Assembly (NCBI GenBank): GCA_030054135.1
Contig: JASGCN010000001.1
Coordinates: 18,013 to 82,012, forward strand
DNA length: 64,000 nt
Origin: Alphaproteobacteria bacterium
GTDB taxonomy: Bacteria; Patescibacteriota; Minisyncoccia; Phycocordibacterales; JABAAK01
Direction of reading: 5' to 3'
Below, one piece after another: positions 40,354 to 51,207 of this stretch (positions within the stretch are counted from its first letter, which is position 1; every line of letters begins with the position of its first letter). A program made the position numbers and the translations under genes. A model generated the notes under the pieces. The model ran no database searches and was not told the origin of the DNA. It saw only the letters and a program-made list of their open reading frames with translations.

Positions 40354-42045
40354 TTACAAAGAAGTTATATTTCCTACAGTAGATTCAAGTTCTTGAAGAG
40401 AAGTTTCTCCACGGCACACTTTTACCAATCCATCTTGCATAAGAGTTGGGAGTTGTTGTGACACTATTGCTTTTTGTATATCGCGGGCGCCACCATTTTG
40501 AAGCATTACTTCTTCTACTTCTTTAGTTACCAAAAACAATTCATAAATACCAGTTCGTCCTTTGTATCCTTCATAACAGTTAGGACAGGTGTTTGATTTT
40601 TCGCCTGGTGCAAACATAGACGTAAGCATTGGATTATCTGCCTTGTATCCAACGGGTAGTTCCGCAATAATTTTTTCAAGAATAGTCTTTTGTTCTGGAG
40701 AAGGTGTGTAAGGCACTTTACACACTGGGCATAATTTTCTAAGTAATCGTTGTGCCATAATTACATTGATAGAACGAGAGAATACTTTTGGGTCTATTTT
40801 CATTTGCATAAGACGAGGAAGAGCCCCGATTGCATCGTTAGTGTGCAGTGTTGAAAGTACCAAGTGTCCAGTGAGAGCTGCGTCTACTGCAGTTTGTGCA
40901 ACCTCTCCATCACGAATTTCTCCAACCAAAATAACATCTGGGTCTTGTCTTAAGATCGCGCGCAATCCTCCTGCGAATGTATATCCTTCTTCTACTTGAG
41001 TTTGTACTAATCCGGGCAATACATATTCAATTGGGTCTTCAAGGGTAATTATTTTTAATTCAGGATTTTTAATAAAATTAAGTAATGAATACAGCGTTGT
41101 TGTTTTTCCTGACCCAGTTGGTCCAGTAGTGATAATCATACCGTGTGGTTTTTCTATTTCTTTTTTTAGCACAGAAAGTATTACAGGGTGTATTCCTAAT
41201 TTTTCAATATCAACGATAACATTTTTTGGATCAAGTATACGCAATACAAACGATTCGTGTTGTCCTTCAGGAATACTTGACGCACGAATGCGTAACTTTC
41301 GATCTACCATATCAATAGTAAATGCGCCGTCTTGAGCTTCATCAATGATATTAATTTTCATACCAGCAACCAATTTCATGCGGATAACAATCTGCCTGTA
41401 TTCGTCAGCCTTGAGTTCATGCATGACTACGAGCACTCCGTCAAGTCGAAAGCGAACAACTCCACCTTCGGGGGCTGCTTCAATGTGTATGTCGGATGCA
41501 TTTAATGCAACTGCTCCAGAAACTATGTATTCAATATTTTTTGATATTTTTGCGGATCGTTGGAGTGTGTGTAATGAGAAAAGTAATTTTTTTACTGATT
41601 GCACGGTTTGTGGAGTATTCGTAATAGCATCAAGTTCTTCGTTGAGGATGCTAATCTCTCCCAATTTAGTTGCAGATGTAAGAACAATGTCTTTATATGA
41701 ATCCCAAAACAAGTTAAGAGTTCGTGTTGAGCACACAAAAAGCTCAGGTTGATATTTTTTTTCTAAAAGCATTTTTAGTGTTTTGAGAAATATTTCTGAC
41801 CGTGGATTACGACAAGCAATTTTTATTTTTTTTTGCATACGGTAAAAAATTGCCATTTGTGCTTCGCGAGCTTCCTTTTCTGTAAGAATTTGTAGTGCAT
41901 TGTTATCAAGATCCACAGAAAATGGAGCCATATAGGGAAGTTCGTTTATCTCTGATATATATTGAACAAGACGCTCTTCTTCTTCAGTAAGATGAGTTTT
42001 ATGTATCTCATCAAATTCTTTGATAGGTGAACTATGTTGCATCAT
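40354..42045 (-). CDS. type II/IV secretion-family ATPase (GspE/PilB-like)
   Basis: Walker A GPTGSGKTT, Asp box, His box. C-terminal tetracysteine CPVCK...CPNC. Start set at the ATGATG at 42045. Confidence 0.85.
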   Translation of the reverse strand: MMQHSSPIKEFDEIHKTHLTEEEERLVQYISEINELPYMAPFSVDLDNNALQILTEKEAREAQMAIFYRMQKKIKIACRNPRSEIFLKTLKMLLEKKYQPELFVCSTRTLNLFWDSYKDIVLTSATKLGEISILNEELDAITNTPQTVQSVKKLLFSLHTLQRSAKISKNIEYIVSGAVALNASDIHIEAAPEGGVVRFRLDGVLVVMHELKADEYRQIVIRMKLVAGMKINIIDEAQDGAFTIDMVDRKLRIRASSIPEGQHESFVLRILDPKNVIVDIEKLGIHPVILSVLKKEIEKPHGMIITTGPTGSGKTTTLYSLLNFIKNPELKIITLEDPIEYVLPGLVQTQVEEGYTFAGGLRAILRQDPDVILVGEIRDGEVAQTAVDAALTGHLVLSTLHTNDAIGALPRLMQMKIDPKVFSRSINVIMAQRLLRKLCPVCKVPYTPSPEQKTILEKIIAELPVGYKADNPMLTSMFAPGEKSNTCPNCYEGYKGRTGIYELFLVTKEVEEVMLQNGGARDIQKAIVSQQLPTLMQDGLVKVCRGETSLQELESTVGNITSL

Positions 42046-42105
42046 ATTTCTAGTGTAGCACCTTACTGAGATAGTGGTGGTATTGATAAATGCTATACTC
42101 AAAAT

Positions 42106-42582
42106 ATGTATTTCAAGATGACCAATGAAGAAGATGTTCGAGAAACGGCACAAAAAATATTAGCATATTGTGGTTCGCATAAAAATAAAATTGGTGCTAC
42201 TGTTCTTTCTCTTGAAGGAATTCTTGGAGCAGGCAAAACCACCCTCACTAAAGACATCGCCATATGCATTGGAGTTACCGATACTGTAACATCTCCTACA
42301 TTTGTTATTCGAAAAGAATATCAAGCATATCACCCACAATTTGAACATTTTTTTCATTGCGATGTGTATCGATTTGAATCTCCAGATGAATTGAAAGCAA
42401 TACAATGGAGCGATATGTTGCAAATGAAAGATACCCTCATCGTTGTTGAATGGGGAAACATTATCAAACAATATCTTCCGCCATTTGCATTTCGTGTAAT
42501 TATTACTATTGAAAAAGAAGAACGCATTGTTGAATTCATAGATCCTCATACAAGGAAAGATGATAGTGTCACCATTGTATGA
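42106..42582 (+). CDS. tsaE: tRNA threonylcarbamoyladenosine biosynthesis protein TsaE
   Basis: P-loop LEGILGAGKTTLTK and size typical of the YjeE family. Confidence 0.75.
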   Translation: MYFKMTNEEDVRETAQKILAYCGSHKNKIGATVLSLEGILGAGKTTLTKDIAICIGVTDTVTSPTFVIRKEYQAYHPQFEHFFHCDVYRFESPDELKAIQWSDMLQMKDTLIVVEWGNIIKQYLPPFAFRVIITIEKEERIVEFIDPHTRKDDSVTIV

Positions 42583-44909
42583 AGCGAATACTTCTCATAG
42601 ATACTCTCGCATTACTTCATCGGGCGTATCATGCAATTCCCGAACTTACCACAAAAAATGGAATTCCAACCGGGGCTCTTTTTGGTGTTGGGAATACACT
42701 TCTTACCATGATAGATTCACTTTCTCCAGATGTAATTGTTGCGTGTTATGACCGCCCAGAAAAAACACTTCGTGCGCAAGCAAACGCTGAATACAAAGGT
42801 ACACGAAAAGAATTAGATGATGCGTTGATCAGTCAAATTGAATCGTCAAAAATATTTTTACGTGCCTGCGGAGTGGCAGTGTGTGAAAAAGCAGGATACG
42901 AAGCTGATGATTTAATTGGAACACTCGCTGAACATTGGGGTAAAGAGACCCATGATGTGCATATTGTTTCTTGTGATAATGATTTATTACAATTGGTAAC
43001 CGACGGAGTAACGGTGCATCTCACAGTAAAAGGAATGCGTGAGCTTAAAGAATTCCACAAAAAAGAAGTAATTGAAAAATTTGGATTTGCTCCAGAATAT
43101 ATTCCTGATTACAAAGGACTTGCAGGTGATCAATCGGATAACATTTCTGGCATTAAAGGAATAGGAGAAAAAACAGCCACTACTCTCATCCAAGATGCAG
43201 GACATCTTGAAGACATATACCAAAAATTAAAATCAAAAAAATTAACACTCACAGAACGTTTGCAAAAATTATTGCATACCGGAGAGAAAGATGCATTCAA
43301 TTCTCGCGATCTTGCAACAATTCACAGAGAAGTCCCCATTACACAAGATATTCTTGCATTGCGTGAGTGGAGGGAGTCAATACAAACACAAGTATTGTAT
43401 TCTTTTTGTCTGTCTCATGAACTCAATTCTTTTCTCAAGCGTGCACGAGAAAAAGGACTTATGAATGAAGAAAAATCAAAAGAAGAATATGAAGGATATA
43501 CCTCTCCCACTCAAACAAAACAACCACACGCAGAGACAATATATCGATTGGGTGTGATGTGTTTTACTGCAAACTCTGACATGACAAAACCATCATGGGA
43601 AGAAATATGTGAATACACAAAAGAAACCGAAGAAGAGAAAATTGAAAAAATACTTCTTGAAAAAATACAAAAAAATAAACAAGAATTCATTTGGGAAAAT
43701 ATAGAACAACCTCTTATTAATGTGTTGTCTGATATGCGTGCATATGGCATTTTGCTTGATAGAAAAAAACTGAAATCCTTGAAATATGAGTATGAAAAAA
43801 ATATTACTCTAATAGAAAAAAAGATATACACTTTGGCAAAAAAAGAATTTAATATCAATTCACCAAAACAATTAGGTGAAGTACTTTTTGATGATCTACA
43901 ACTGGTGGCTCCCGGAAAAAACAAAACATCAGGTGGTGCTCGTTCTACACGAGAAGAAGTGCTTGTGTCTCTTGTGTCACAACATGCAATTATTGAGTAC
44001 ATTTTAAAACATCGCCACTATAGAAAAATACTTACCACATACATTGAAACTCTTCTTGAAAGTATGGATGAACAAGATAGAATTCATCCAACCTATTTAC
44101 AACATGGTGCAGTGACTGGGCGATTTGCGACCACCAATCCAAGTATTCAAAACATTCCACATAGTGAAGACACTAAAGAGCTTCGTGAGTGTTTCATTGC
44201 ACCAAAGGGACGAGTTATTATGAGCATTGATTACAGTCAAGTAGAACTTCGCATTGCTTCAATTCTTTCTAAAGATAAGAACTTTATTGACGTATTTAAA
44301 CGGGGGGAAGACGTGCATACCTCTGTCGCTAGTAAAATGTTTAATGTAAGGATAGATGCAGTTACAAAAGACATGCGAAGGTCAGCTAAGGGTATTAATT
44401 TTGGCATTTTATACGGTATGGGAGCGCAAGCTCTCAAAGATGTGCTTGGGGTAACAAAAACAGAAGCAGAGAGCTATTTATATACCTATAAAGACACATT
44501 TAGAGATTTAATGAAATTTCTTGAAGCAACAAAAGCACATATGTATAAATACGGCTATGTGCTAACTGCTTTTGGAAGAAGAAGAAATATTGAAGGACAT
44601 GCATCAAAACTTCCGTTTATTCGTGCACAAGCAGAACGATTCGCCATTAACGCACCCATTCAAGGAACAAGTGCTGATATTATTAAAATTGCAATGAAAG
44701 AAATTATTGCTGCCCTTAAAAAAAACAACCTTGAAGATGATGTAAAAATGATAATGCAAATACATGATGAATTAGTATTTGAAGTGGCAAACAAAAAACA
44801 AAAAGAAGCAGAACAATTAATCACTTCAATTATGGAAAATGTCTATCCTCCCAACAAAGATCCAATACCACTTACCACCTCTGTCTCTGTGCAGGATACA
44901 TGGGTCTAA
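42579..44909 (+). CDS. polA: DNA polymerase I (5'-3' exonuclease + polymerase; compact)
   Basis: N-terminal FEN/5'-3' exo motifs. Pol A motifs RRSAKGINFGILYGMG and HDELVFE. At 776 aa the central 3'-5' exo region appears reduced. Confidence 0.85.
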   Translation: MKRILLIDTLALLHRAYHAIPELTTKNGIPTGALFGVGNTLLTMIDSLSPDVIVACYDRPEKTLRAQANAEYKGTRKELDDALISQIESSKIFLRACGVAVCEKAGYEADDLIGTLAEHWGKETHDVHIVSCDNDLLQLVTDGVTVHLTVKGMRELKEFHKKEVIEKFGFAPEYIPDYKGLAGDQSDNISGIKGIGEKTATTLIQDAGHLEDIYQKLKSKKLTLTERLQKLLHTGEKDAFNSRDLATIHREVPITQDILALREWRESIQTQVLYSFCLSHELNSFLKRAREKGLMNEEKSKEEYEGYTSPTQTKQPHAETIYRLGVMCFTANSDMTKPSWEEICEYTKETEEEKIEKILLEKIQKNKQEFIWENIEQPLINVLSDMRAYGILLDRKKLKSLKYEYEKNITLIEKKIYTLAKKEFNINSPKQLGEVLFDDLQLVAPGKNKTSGGARSTREEVLVSLVSQHAIIEYILKHRHYRKILTTYIETLLESMDEQDRIHPTYLQHGAVTGRFATTNPSIQNIPHSEDTKELRECFIAPKGRVIMSIDYSQVELRIASILSKDKNFIDVFKRGEDVHTSVASKMFNVRIDAVTKDMRRSAKGINFGILYGMGAQALKDVLGVTKTEAESYLYTYKDTFRDLMKFLEATKAHMYKYGYVLTAFGRRRNIEGHASKLPFIRAQAERFAINAPIQGTSADIIKIAMKEIIAALKKNNLEDDVKMIMQIHDELVFEVANKKQKEAEQLITSIMENVYPPNKDPIPLTTSVSVQDTWV

Positions 44910-45036
44910 TGGAAACAAAAAATAAGCAGAGAATCTGTTTTTGTGGTAGCATATGGGGTAGCATTTTATCTAATTAAGAATTTTTTTTTGATCATAAAAT
45001 ATTGCATTATTAATTAATTACATCTATTTTTTTTCT

Positions 45037-46428
45037 ATGAATAACAACAATATATTATTTGCAATTGTCATTGTTATTATTTTGGCCGTTGGTGCATATG
45101 TTTATATAAATAATTCTTCAACACACTCATCAAGTAAAGATGGTATTGGAGGGTATATATATACTTCACTGAACGGACAAAATGGCACTGATAACAAAAT
45201 TATTAAATTTGAAAGACTGTCTGACGGGTCTCTTGGTGCACAAACAAATTATCGCACACTAGGAAAAGGAGGCGCTAATATATCTGCAGGAGGAGACGCT
45301 CATGGAGATTTCGATGCACAAGAAGCTATTAGCATTATTGATAAAAAGTATTTGCTCGTAGCAAATGCGGGGAGCAATGATATTACAGTATTTAATCTTG
45401 ATAGTGAAAATGGAAACTTGAGCAACGCAAAAGTGTATCCTTCAAAAGGTACTCGTCCAGTATCTATCGCATACACAAAAAAAAGCGATGGAAATTATTG
45501 GGTGGTGGTAGGAAATCAATGGAACAATCCTAATAAACAAAAAGGAGGAGTGGGGGAAGCTCCAATTGAAAGGTATCCAAACGATGCTTTTTTTACAAAT
45601 ACAGTAAATGAAATATTACAAGATAGAAATATATCTCTTTTTACATTTGACAAAGAGACAGGAGCTCTTTCTTTTGAAAAAGTATTAGATACATATTCTG
45701 GAATAAACGGTGGGCCAACAACAGTTGCATTCAATAGAACTGGAAAAAAATTGGCAGTAACAACATGGGGGGTGGCACACTTTAACACTGCATCTCCAAG
45801 TTTAAAAGAACAACTTCCAGGTCGTGTGTATGTATATGATTTTCAAGATGGATCTGTAGAAAACGAACACTACTTTGAAGAGAAAGGTATTTCGGGAAGT
45901 ATTGGGTTTGCTTGGAGTACAAAATCTGATCACATATATGTATCCAACTTTAATTTAACAAAAGAAAAAAGAGACGCAGGAAATAGCGTGACGGTATTGC
46001 TTCCAACAAAAACTGGTATTTCTAAAGTTCAAAATTTTGCAACAGGAACAGGAGATATTGATGAAGCATGTTGGGTATATGTTGACAAAAAAAATGACAG
46101 AGTGTTAGTTTCGAGTTTCGGGGCAAACTGGATCTCTACTTTCAAAATGAACGGAAATGGTACTCTTTCAAAAATTGGCAGTGATAAAAACACCACCTAT
46201 ACCAAAAGAGCTGCTTCTGTTCCAAATGGAGACACGAAAGATCTTTTTGTAGCCGAAGGAAAATATCTTTATGCTGCCGGTGCATTTCAAACATACACCA
46301 TTGGTGTAATGCATATTAATAAAGACGGTTCACTTACACAAGTGGCCGAAGTTCCAGTGAAAGACGCAACAAACAAACAAGGGCCAGGTTCGTATAACTT
46401 TCTTGGTTTAGTTGGGTTTGATCTTTAA
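45037..46428 (+). CDS. membrane-anchored beta-propeller protein (lactonase/YVTN-repeat-like)
   Basis: N-terminal TM. Repeated motifs such as LVANAGSNDITVFNLD and YVSNF, resembling 7-bladed lactonase-family propellers. Confidence 0.5.
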   Translation: MNNNNILFAIVIVIILAVGAYVYINNSSTHSSSKDGIGGYIYTSLNGQNGTDNKIIKFERLSDGSLGAQTNYRTLGKGGANISAGGDAHGDFDAQEAISIIDKKYLLVANAGSNDITVFNLDSENGNLSNAKVYPSKGTRPVSIAYTKKSDGNYWVVVGNQWNNPNKQKGGVGEAPIERYPNDAFFTNTVNEILQDRNISLFTFDKETGALSFEKVLDTYSGINGGPTTVAFNRTGKKLAVTTWGVAHFNTASPSLKEQLPGRVYVYDFQDGSVENEHYFEEKGISGSIGFAWSTKSDHIYVSNFNLTKEKRDAGNSVTVLLPTKTGISKVQNFATGTGDIDEACWVYVDKKNDRVLVSSFGANWISTFKMNGNGTLSKIGSDKNTTYTKRAASVPNGDTKDLFVAEGKYLYAAGAFQTYTIGVMHINKDGSLTQVAEVPVKDATNKQGPGSYNFLGLVGFDL

Positions 46429-46450
46429 TTATTTTTTAAAGAACAAAAAA

Positions 46451-46472
46451 GACGGCAAGGCCGTCTTTTTTG
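46451..46472 (+). terminator. rho-independent terminator gacggcAAGgccgtc + TTTTTT
   Basis: 6-bp GC-rich perfect stem with 3-nt loop followed by T6, 23 nt after the stop of the preceding gene. Confidence 0.8.
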
Positions 46473-46516
46473 TGTCTTAACTGTCAACAAAAGTATTCTT
46501 ATGCGTATAATATGTT

Positions 46517-48238
46517 ATGAATGAATCATTTTTTATTAGCATAGGAAGGTTTTTTATAAGCAGTAAGGGAGTAGTGGTTATATTGTTTATTATTGGAGGT
46601 ATATGGGGGTGGGTGGCAATGACAAAAAATATTGATACTCAAACACTATATACACTAACAGCTCCAGAAGTGCGTCAAATTCAAGATGGTATAGAAATAT
46701 CGGGGGCAGTTGTTCCAGATGTATCTGTTGATATCAAGCCTCTTTCTACTGCACAAGTAGTAAAGGTAAACATTACTCAAGGACAAAAAGTTAAAAAAAA
46801 TCAAGTGCTCGTTGTGCTTGATCAAAAAAATGCCCTCCAATCGCTTAATCAAGCAAAAAATAATTATGAATCTATCCAAGCACAATATAATAAATTTTTA
46901 AAACGAAATCTTACGGAAACTGACAAACGCATTTTAGAGGAAGATTTAAAACAAAGTGAAATAGTTCTTGCACAAGGGCATACCAGTGCAATAGAAAAAA
47001 TTAAATCTTTATTTATTGAATCTCAAAAAATTATCGAGGATACAAATATTTATTTTTCCAATATATACACGCCGTTTGTCTATTTTACTGGTAATAAGGT
47101 TTCTTTTCAAGAAAACATTTTTATAAACAATATTAACAACATACAATCAAATCTTGTTGAACTAAGAAAAAAACTTGTAACTGAAATTGCTCGAATATCT
47201 CCGATTATTTTGACGAGTACTACAAATACATATGCACAATCATTTAAAGAATACGAAACATTTCTTAATATTCAAAAAGAATATTTTGGGCATTTTCATG
47301 TGCTTGCGACACAATACGCTTTTGATCAAACATCACCACAAACACTTGCTCTTATTTCACAAATGCAAAGTGGGCTTTCTCAAACGCAGTCTATGCAAAC
47401 AAATATTATTACTACTGATCAATTACTTACACAAACAAAAACTTCCTATACACAAAAACAATTGATGTATCAACAAAAAACTGAAGAACCAACAAAAGAA
47501 GACCATACAATACAAGCTGCGTTGGTTGAAAATTCAAGACTTAATTATATACAAGCACAAAACAATTATAATAATACAATCATTCTAGCCCCATTTGATG
47601 GAGTAATTTCAAGTGTGAATGCAAAAATAGGTGAAGCAGGAACAGGTAATATCGCAAGCATCATAGGATTAAAAAAAATTGTAAAGGTATTTATTAATGA
47701 AAATGACATTTCCTCTATTATGTTGGGACAAAAAGTGACTATCGCAGTAGATGCATTACATGGAAAAGAATTTGAAGGAAAAATATCTGCAATTGATCCA
47801 ATTGGGGTGTCAACGCAGGGGGTAGTTACCTATCCCGTTACTATTGAATTTGATAATATAATCGATGAAGTAAAAATAAATATGTCAGTATCTACAAAAA
47901 TTATTATTAGAGATTTTGGTGAAGCTCTCTCAGTTCCCATATCTGCCATTAAAAAGAAAGACGGTGTTGATTATGTGCTTGTAGTTCCTCACTATTTGAA
48001 TAGTCAAATTTCTCGTACAGGCGTGGTACTTACTTCAGATCCAATCCCTACGCATGTAATTACTGGGAATCAAAATTCTGAATATATAGAAATTATTAGT
48101 GGTATTGATGAAAATACAGTTATTGTGCAAAAAATAACAACTGGCACTGCATCGGTAGCACCACAAAAAAATATATTTAATGCTATCGGAGTTCAAGGAG
48201 GAAGTCAAAACAGATCAGCTGGAGGCCCTCGTTTTTAA
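46517..48238 (+). CDS. periplasmic adaptor / membrane-fusion protein (HlyD/MacA family)
   Basis: N-terminal TM, long coiled-coil region, beta-barrel/lipoyl-like segments. First of a three-gene ABC efflux operon. Confidence 0.7.
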   Translation: MNESFFISIGRFFISSKGVVVILFIIGGIWGWVAMTKNIDTQTLYTLTAPEVRQIQDGIEISGAVVPDVSVDIKPLSTAQVVKVNITQGQKVKKNQVLVVLDQKNALQSLNQAKNNYESIQAQYNKFLKRNLTETDKRILEEDLKQSEIVLAQGHTSAIEKIKSLFIESQKIIEDTNIYFSNIYTPFVYFTGNKVSFQENIFINNINNIQSNLVELRKKLVTEIARISPIILTSTTNTYAQSFKEYETFLNIQKEYFGHFHVLATQYAFDQTSPQTLALISQMQSGLSQTQSMQTNIITTDQLLTQTKTSYTQKQLMYQQKTEEPTKEDHTIQAALVENSRLNYIQAQNNYNNTIILAPFDGVISSVNAKIGEAGTGNIASIIGLKKIVKVFINENDISSIMLGQKVTIAVDALHGKEFEGKISAIDPIGVSTQGVVTYPVTIEFDNIIDEVKINMSVSTKIIIRDFGEALSVPISAIKKKDGVDYVLVVPHYLNSQISRTGVVLTSDPIPTHVITGNQNSEYIEIISGIDENTVIVQKITTGTASVAPQKNIFNAIGVQGGSQNRSAGGPRF

Positions 48239-48241
48239 TAT

Positions 48242-48958
48242 ATGTTGCAATTAAAAAATATATATAAAGAATATGGAGGTGGCGATACTTGTGTTCCTGT
48301 GCTTTATGATATCACTCTTAGTATTAATGATGGAGAGTTTGTTGCGATTATGGGGCCATCTGGATCTGGAAAATCAACGCTTATGCATATTCTTGGATGT
48401 CTTGATATAGCTACACGAGGAAACTATACTATTAATAATATTGAAGTTGGGCATGCGCACGAAGAAAAACTAGAAGAATTGCGTAGAAATGAAATAGGAT
48501 TTGTTTTTCAATCATTTAATCTTCTCCCACGGCGCACTGTTCTTGAAAATGTTATGCTTCCTCTCGTATACGCACATGTTCCATTTGAAAAAAGAGAATC
48601 TCGTGCAATTGAAGCACTTGCAAAGGCTGGCTTTGATACCTCTCGTATACATCATAAAAGTAATCAAATTTCTGGAGGGCAAGCACAGCGTGTCGCCATT
48701 GCTCGTGCTTTAGTGAATAATCCGCATATTATTCTTGCTGATGAACCAACGGGGAATCTTGATAGCAAAACAGGGGAAATAGTTCTTGGCACATTTCAAT
48801 CTATAAACAAGAGAGAAAAAGCAACAGTTATACTTATTACTCATGAACGAGATGTAGCAGAACATGCGGACAGGATTATCTTTTTGAAAGATGGCAAAAT
48901 TGCTTCGGACGAAAAAAATAAACATATTAGAAAAACTATTTATTATGACGCTCATTGA
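48242..48958 (+). CDS. ABC transporter ATP-binding protein (MacB/LolD-type)
   Basis: Walker [10 protein letters not shown], signature [15 protein letters not shown], Walker [12 protein letters not shown]. Confidence 0.9.
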   Translation: MLQLKNIYKEYGGGDTCVPVLYDITLSINDGEFVAIMGPSGSGKSTLMHILGCLDIATRGNYTINNIEVGHAHEEKLEELRRNEIGFVFQSFNLLPRRTVLENVMLPLVYAHVPFEKRESRAIEALAKAGFDTSRIHHKSNQISGGQAQRVAIARALVNNPHIILADEPTGNLDSKTGEIVLGTFQSINKREKATVILITHERDVAEHADRIIFLKDGKIASDEKNKHIRKTIYYDAH

Positions 48959-50165
48959 TCTTTTTAGAGAAGTGTATACTGCCATCGTAGCGAATAAGTT
49001 TCGGTCTGGGCTCACAGTACTTGGAATTATAATCGGCATTAGTTCAGTGGTAGTACTATTGGCCATTGGTGCGGGTACGCAAAAAAGTATTGAAGAAAGA
49101 ATTCAATCAATTGGATCAAACCTTATTATGGTACAGCCTAGTTTTGGGAGAGGGCAAGGGGCGGTTAATCAAGGAAGAGGGTCAGTTCAAACTCTCACAA
49201 TAGATGATTTTGAAAAAATTTCAAAAGAAATAGACGGCATTCGAGCAATTTCTCCAGAAATAAATGGAAGAAGACAGGTGATATATCAAAGAAAAAATAC
49301 CAATACACAAGTCATTGGAGTAAGTGATACATATCAACACATTCGAGCGTTAGAAATTGATGTAGGGGACTTTTTTACAGAACAGCAGGTTGCTAATGTA
49401 TCACGATTTGCAGTATTGGGAAGTACCACAAAAACAGATTTATTTGGAGACGATGACGCAATTAAAAAACGTATTCGTATAGGAGGGATAGATTTTACTG
49501 TTATTGGAATTATTAAATCAAAAGGGCAATCAGGATTTGGAAGCCAAGATGACAGAATTATTATTCCGTACACAACTGCACAGCGTTATTTTTCAAAAAA
49601 TAATTATATTAGTTCAATTCAAATATCATCTCTTTTTTCAGGGGAAGAGATGATCGTGGTGCAAGAAAAAATACAACAATTACTTCTTTCTATACATAAA
49701 ATAAATAATCCTGCACAGGCGGATTTTAGTGTTGTAAATCAATCAGATATTATTGATACCGCTTCGAGTATTACAAAAACTCTTACAGGATTTCTAATAT
49801 CTGTTGCTGCCATTTCTCTTATCGTTGGGGGCATTGGTATCATGAATATGATGCTTACAAATGTAACTGAACGAATACGAGAAATTGGATTACGAAAAGC
49901 AGTGGGTGCAAGTAAAAAAAATATTCGGATGCAATTTTTGTTTGAAGCGATAGTGCTCACAAGTATAGGTGGCGTATGTGGTATTATCTTAGGAATTGTA
50001 ATTTCATTTATTCTTGAATATTTTTTTAACATTGCGAGTGATGTATCTCTCAATTCTATACTTGTATCTGTTTTAGTATCTTCTGTTATTGGTATAGTGT
50101 TTGGATATATTCCAGCGCGCACAGCAGCTAATTTAAGCCCAATTGATGCACTTCGGCATGAATAA
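48945..50165 (+). CDS. ABC transporter permease, FtsX/MacB family
   Basis: N-terminal TM, large extracytoplasmic domain, C-terminal 3-TM FtsX-like bundle. Start set at ATG 48945, overlapping the ATPase gene by 14 nt. Confidence 0.8.
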   Translation: MTLIDLFREVYTAIVANKFRSGLTVLGIIIGISSVVVLLAIGAGTQKSIEERIQSIGSNLIMVQPSFGRGQGAVNQGRGSVQTLTIDDFEKISKEIDGIRAISPEINGRRQVIYQRKNTNTQVIGVSDTYQHIRALEIDVGDFFTEQQVANVSRFAVLGSTTKTDLFGDDDAIKKRIRIGGIDFTVIGIIKSKGQSGFGSQDDRIIIPYTTAQRYFSKNNYISSIQISSLFSGEEMIVVQEKIQQLLLSIHKINNPAQADFSVVNQSDIIDTASSITKTLTGFLISVAAISLIVGGIGIMNMMLTNVTERIREIGLRKAVGASKKNIRMQFLFEAIVLTSIGGVCGIILGIVISFILEYFFNIASDVSLNSILVSVLVSSVIGIVFGYIPARTAANLSPIDALRHE

Positions 50166-50660
50166 ATGTATGGTACTGCTATGTTAATTCCATTAGAACA
50201 AATTCTTGTAACACACAATGAAATTCGAAATAAAGATTCAGTTGAGAATCTTTTGTTACATACCAATAATGGAATAGTTCTTTCTGAAAGTATTGTGTGT
50301 AAAGATGATATGTGCGCTAAAATAATTTTAGTACCAATAGAAAAAGATAAATATTTATTACACGATGGGCATCACAGAGTACGAGCAATTCATTTAAGCG
50401 GGAGAACACACCTCGATCCCTTGGAATATAGATTTGAAAATATTCCTATATCTATATACAATGAAATAAATTTTGAAGCAAAGTGGGTAACACCTTTTGA
50501 TATCTATACTGAAGTACGAAAAAAAGATTTTCTCGCATTTAAAAAAAGGGTTTTTGATATATATACATACAGCGAGAAAGAAGCTCGTGCATTTATTTAT
50601 GCACATGCAGATGAATACAAGGAACCTCGTAGAGCCAATACCATTGCAGATGTACGGTAG
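50166..50660 (+). CDS. ParB/sulfiredoxin-like domain protein
   Basis: LLHDGHHRVRAI matches the DGHHR signature of ParB-like nuclease/Srx-fold domains. 164 aa. Confidence 0.45.
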   Translation: MYGTAMLIPLEQILVTHNEIRNKDSVENLLLHTNNGIVLSESIVCKDDMCAKIILVPIEKDKYLLHDGHHRVRAIHLSGRTHLDPLEYRFENIPISIYNEINFEAKWVTPFDIYTEVRKKDFLAFKKRVFDIYTYSEKEARAFIYAHADEYKEPRRANTIADVR

Positions 50661-50663
50661 ATA

Positions 50664-51206
50664 TTATTTTTTTTTATATATATCGGTATCACTAAAAGAT
50701 GCTTGTAATTCCCAGAAATGTGTATCTTGGAGGTGTGCATGATATTCTCGAGTAGATGATCCATCAAATTGACCAAAGAGATGTTTGTTCGTACTTATCA
50801 GATACCCACACGGTAAGAGATATTTTTTATATATAGGGATAAGTGTCATATCTGGAGCATACCCATCAAAAATAATGCAATCATATTTTTTGGACGCTAC
50901 ATATTCTTGTGCGCTGGTGTGGTGAAGAGTTACGTGTGGGAGATGTAGTAGGTTTTCTTTTGCGAGAGCAACGTGTGTCGCGTCTTCTTCAATAGTATCA
51001 ATGTATGCGTGTGGATAGGTGTGTGCCAGTATGGTGGTTAAAAATCCAGTACCTGTACCAATTTCAAGCATATGTGTGCAGGGAATATATTGTAACTGTA
51101 CACACAATTCTTTATATGATGTATATGGAGCTCCTCCACATTTGTGCTCTATGTGATGTTTATTTGCTTTTTCAAGTAGTGCATCAAAATATCTATCATC
51201 TTTCAT
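50664..51206 (-). CDS. class I SAM-dependent methyltransferase
   Basis: Motif I LEIGTGTGFLT and acidic post-I residue (DTIE). Small single-domain MTase of O-methyltransferase/PCMT-like type. Confidence 0.6.
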   Translation of the reverse strand: MKDDRYFDALLEKANKHHIEHKCGGAPYTSYKELCVQLQYIPCTHMLEIGTGTGFLTTILAHTYPHAYIDTIEEDATHVALAKENLLHLPHVTLHHTSAQEYVASKKYDCIIFDGYAPDMTLIPIYKKYLLPCGYLISTNKHLFGQFDGSSTREYHAHLQDTHFWELQASFSDTDIYKKK

Positions 51207-51207
51207 G

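Noticed and set aside
44910-45036. Terminator after polA
   Set aside because: Only a 3-bp stem (cag...ctg) precedes the T-run, which is too weak to call.
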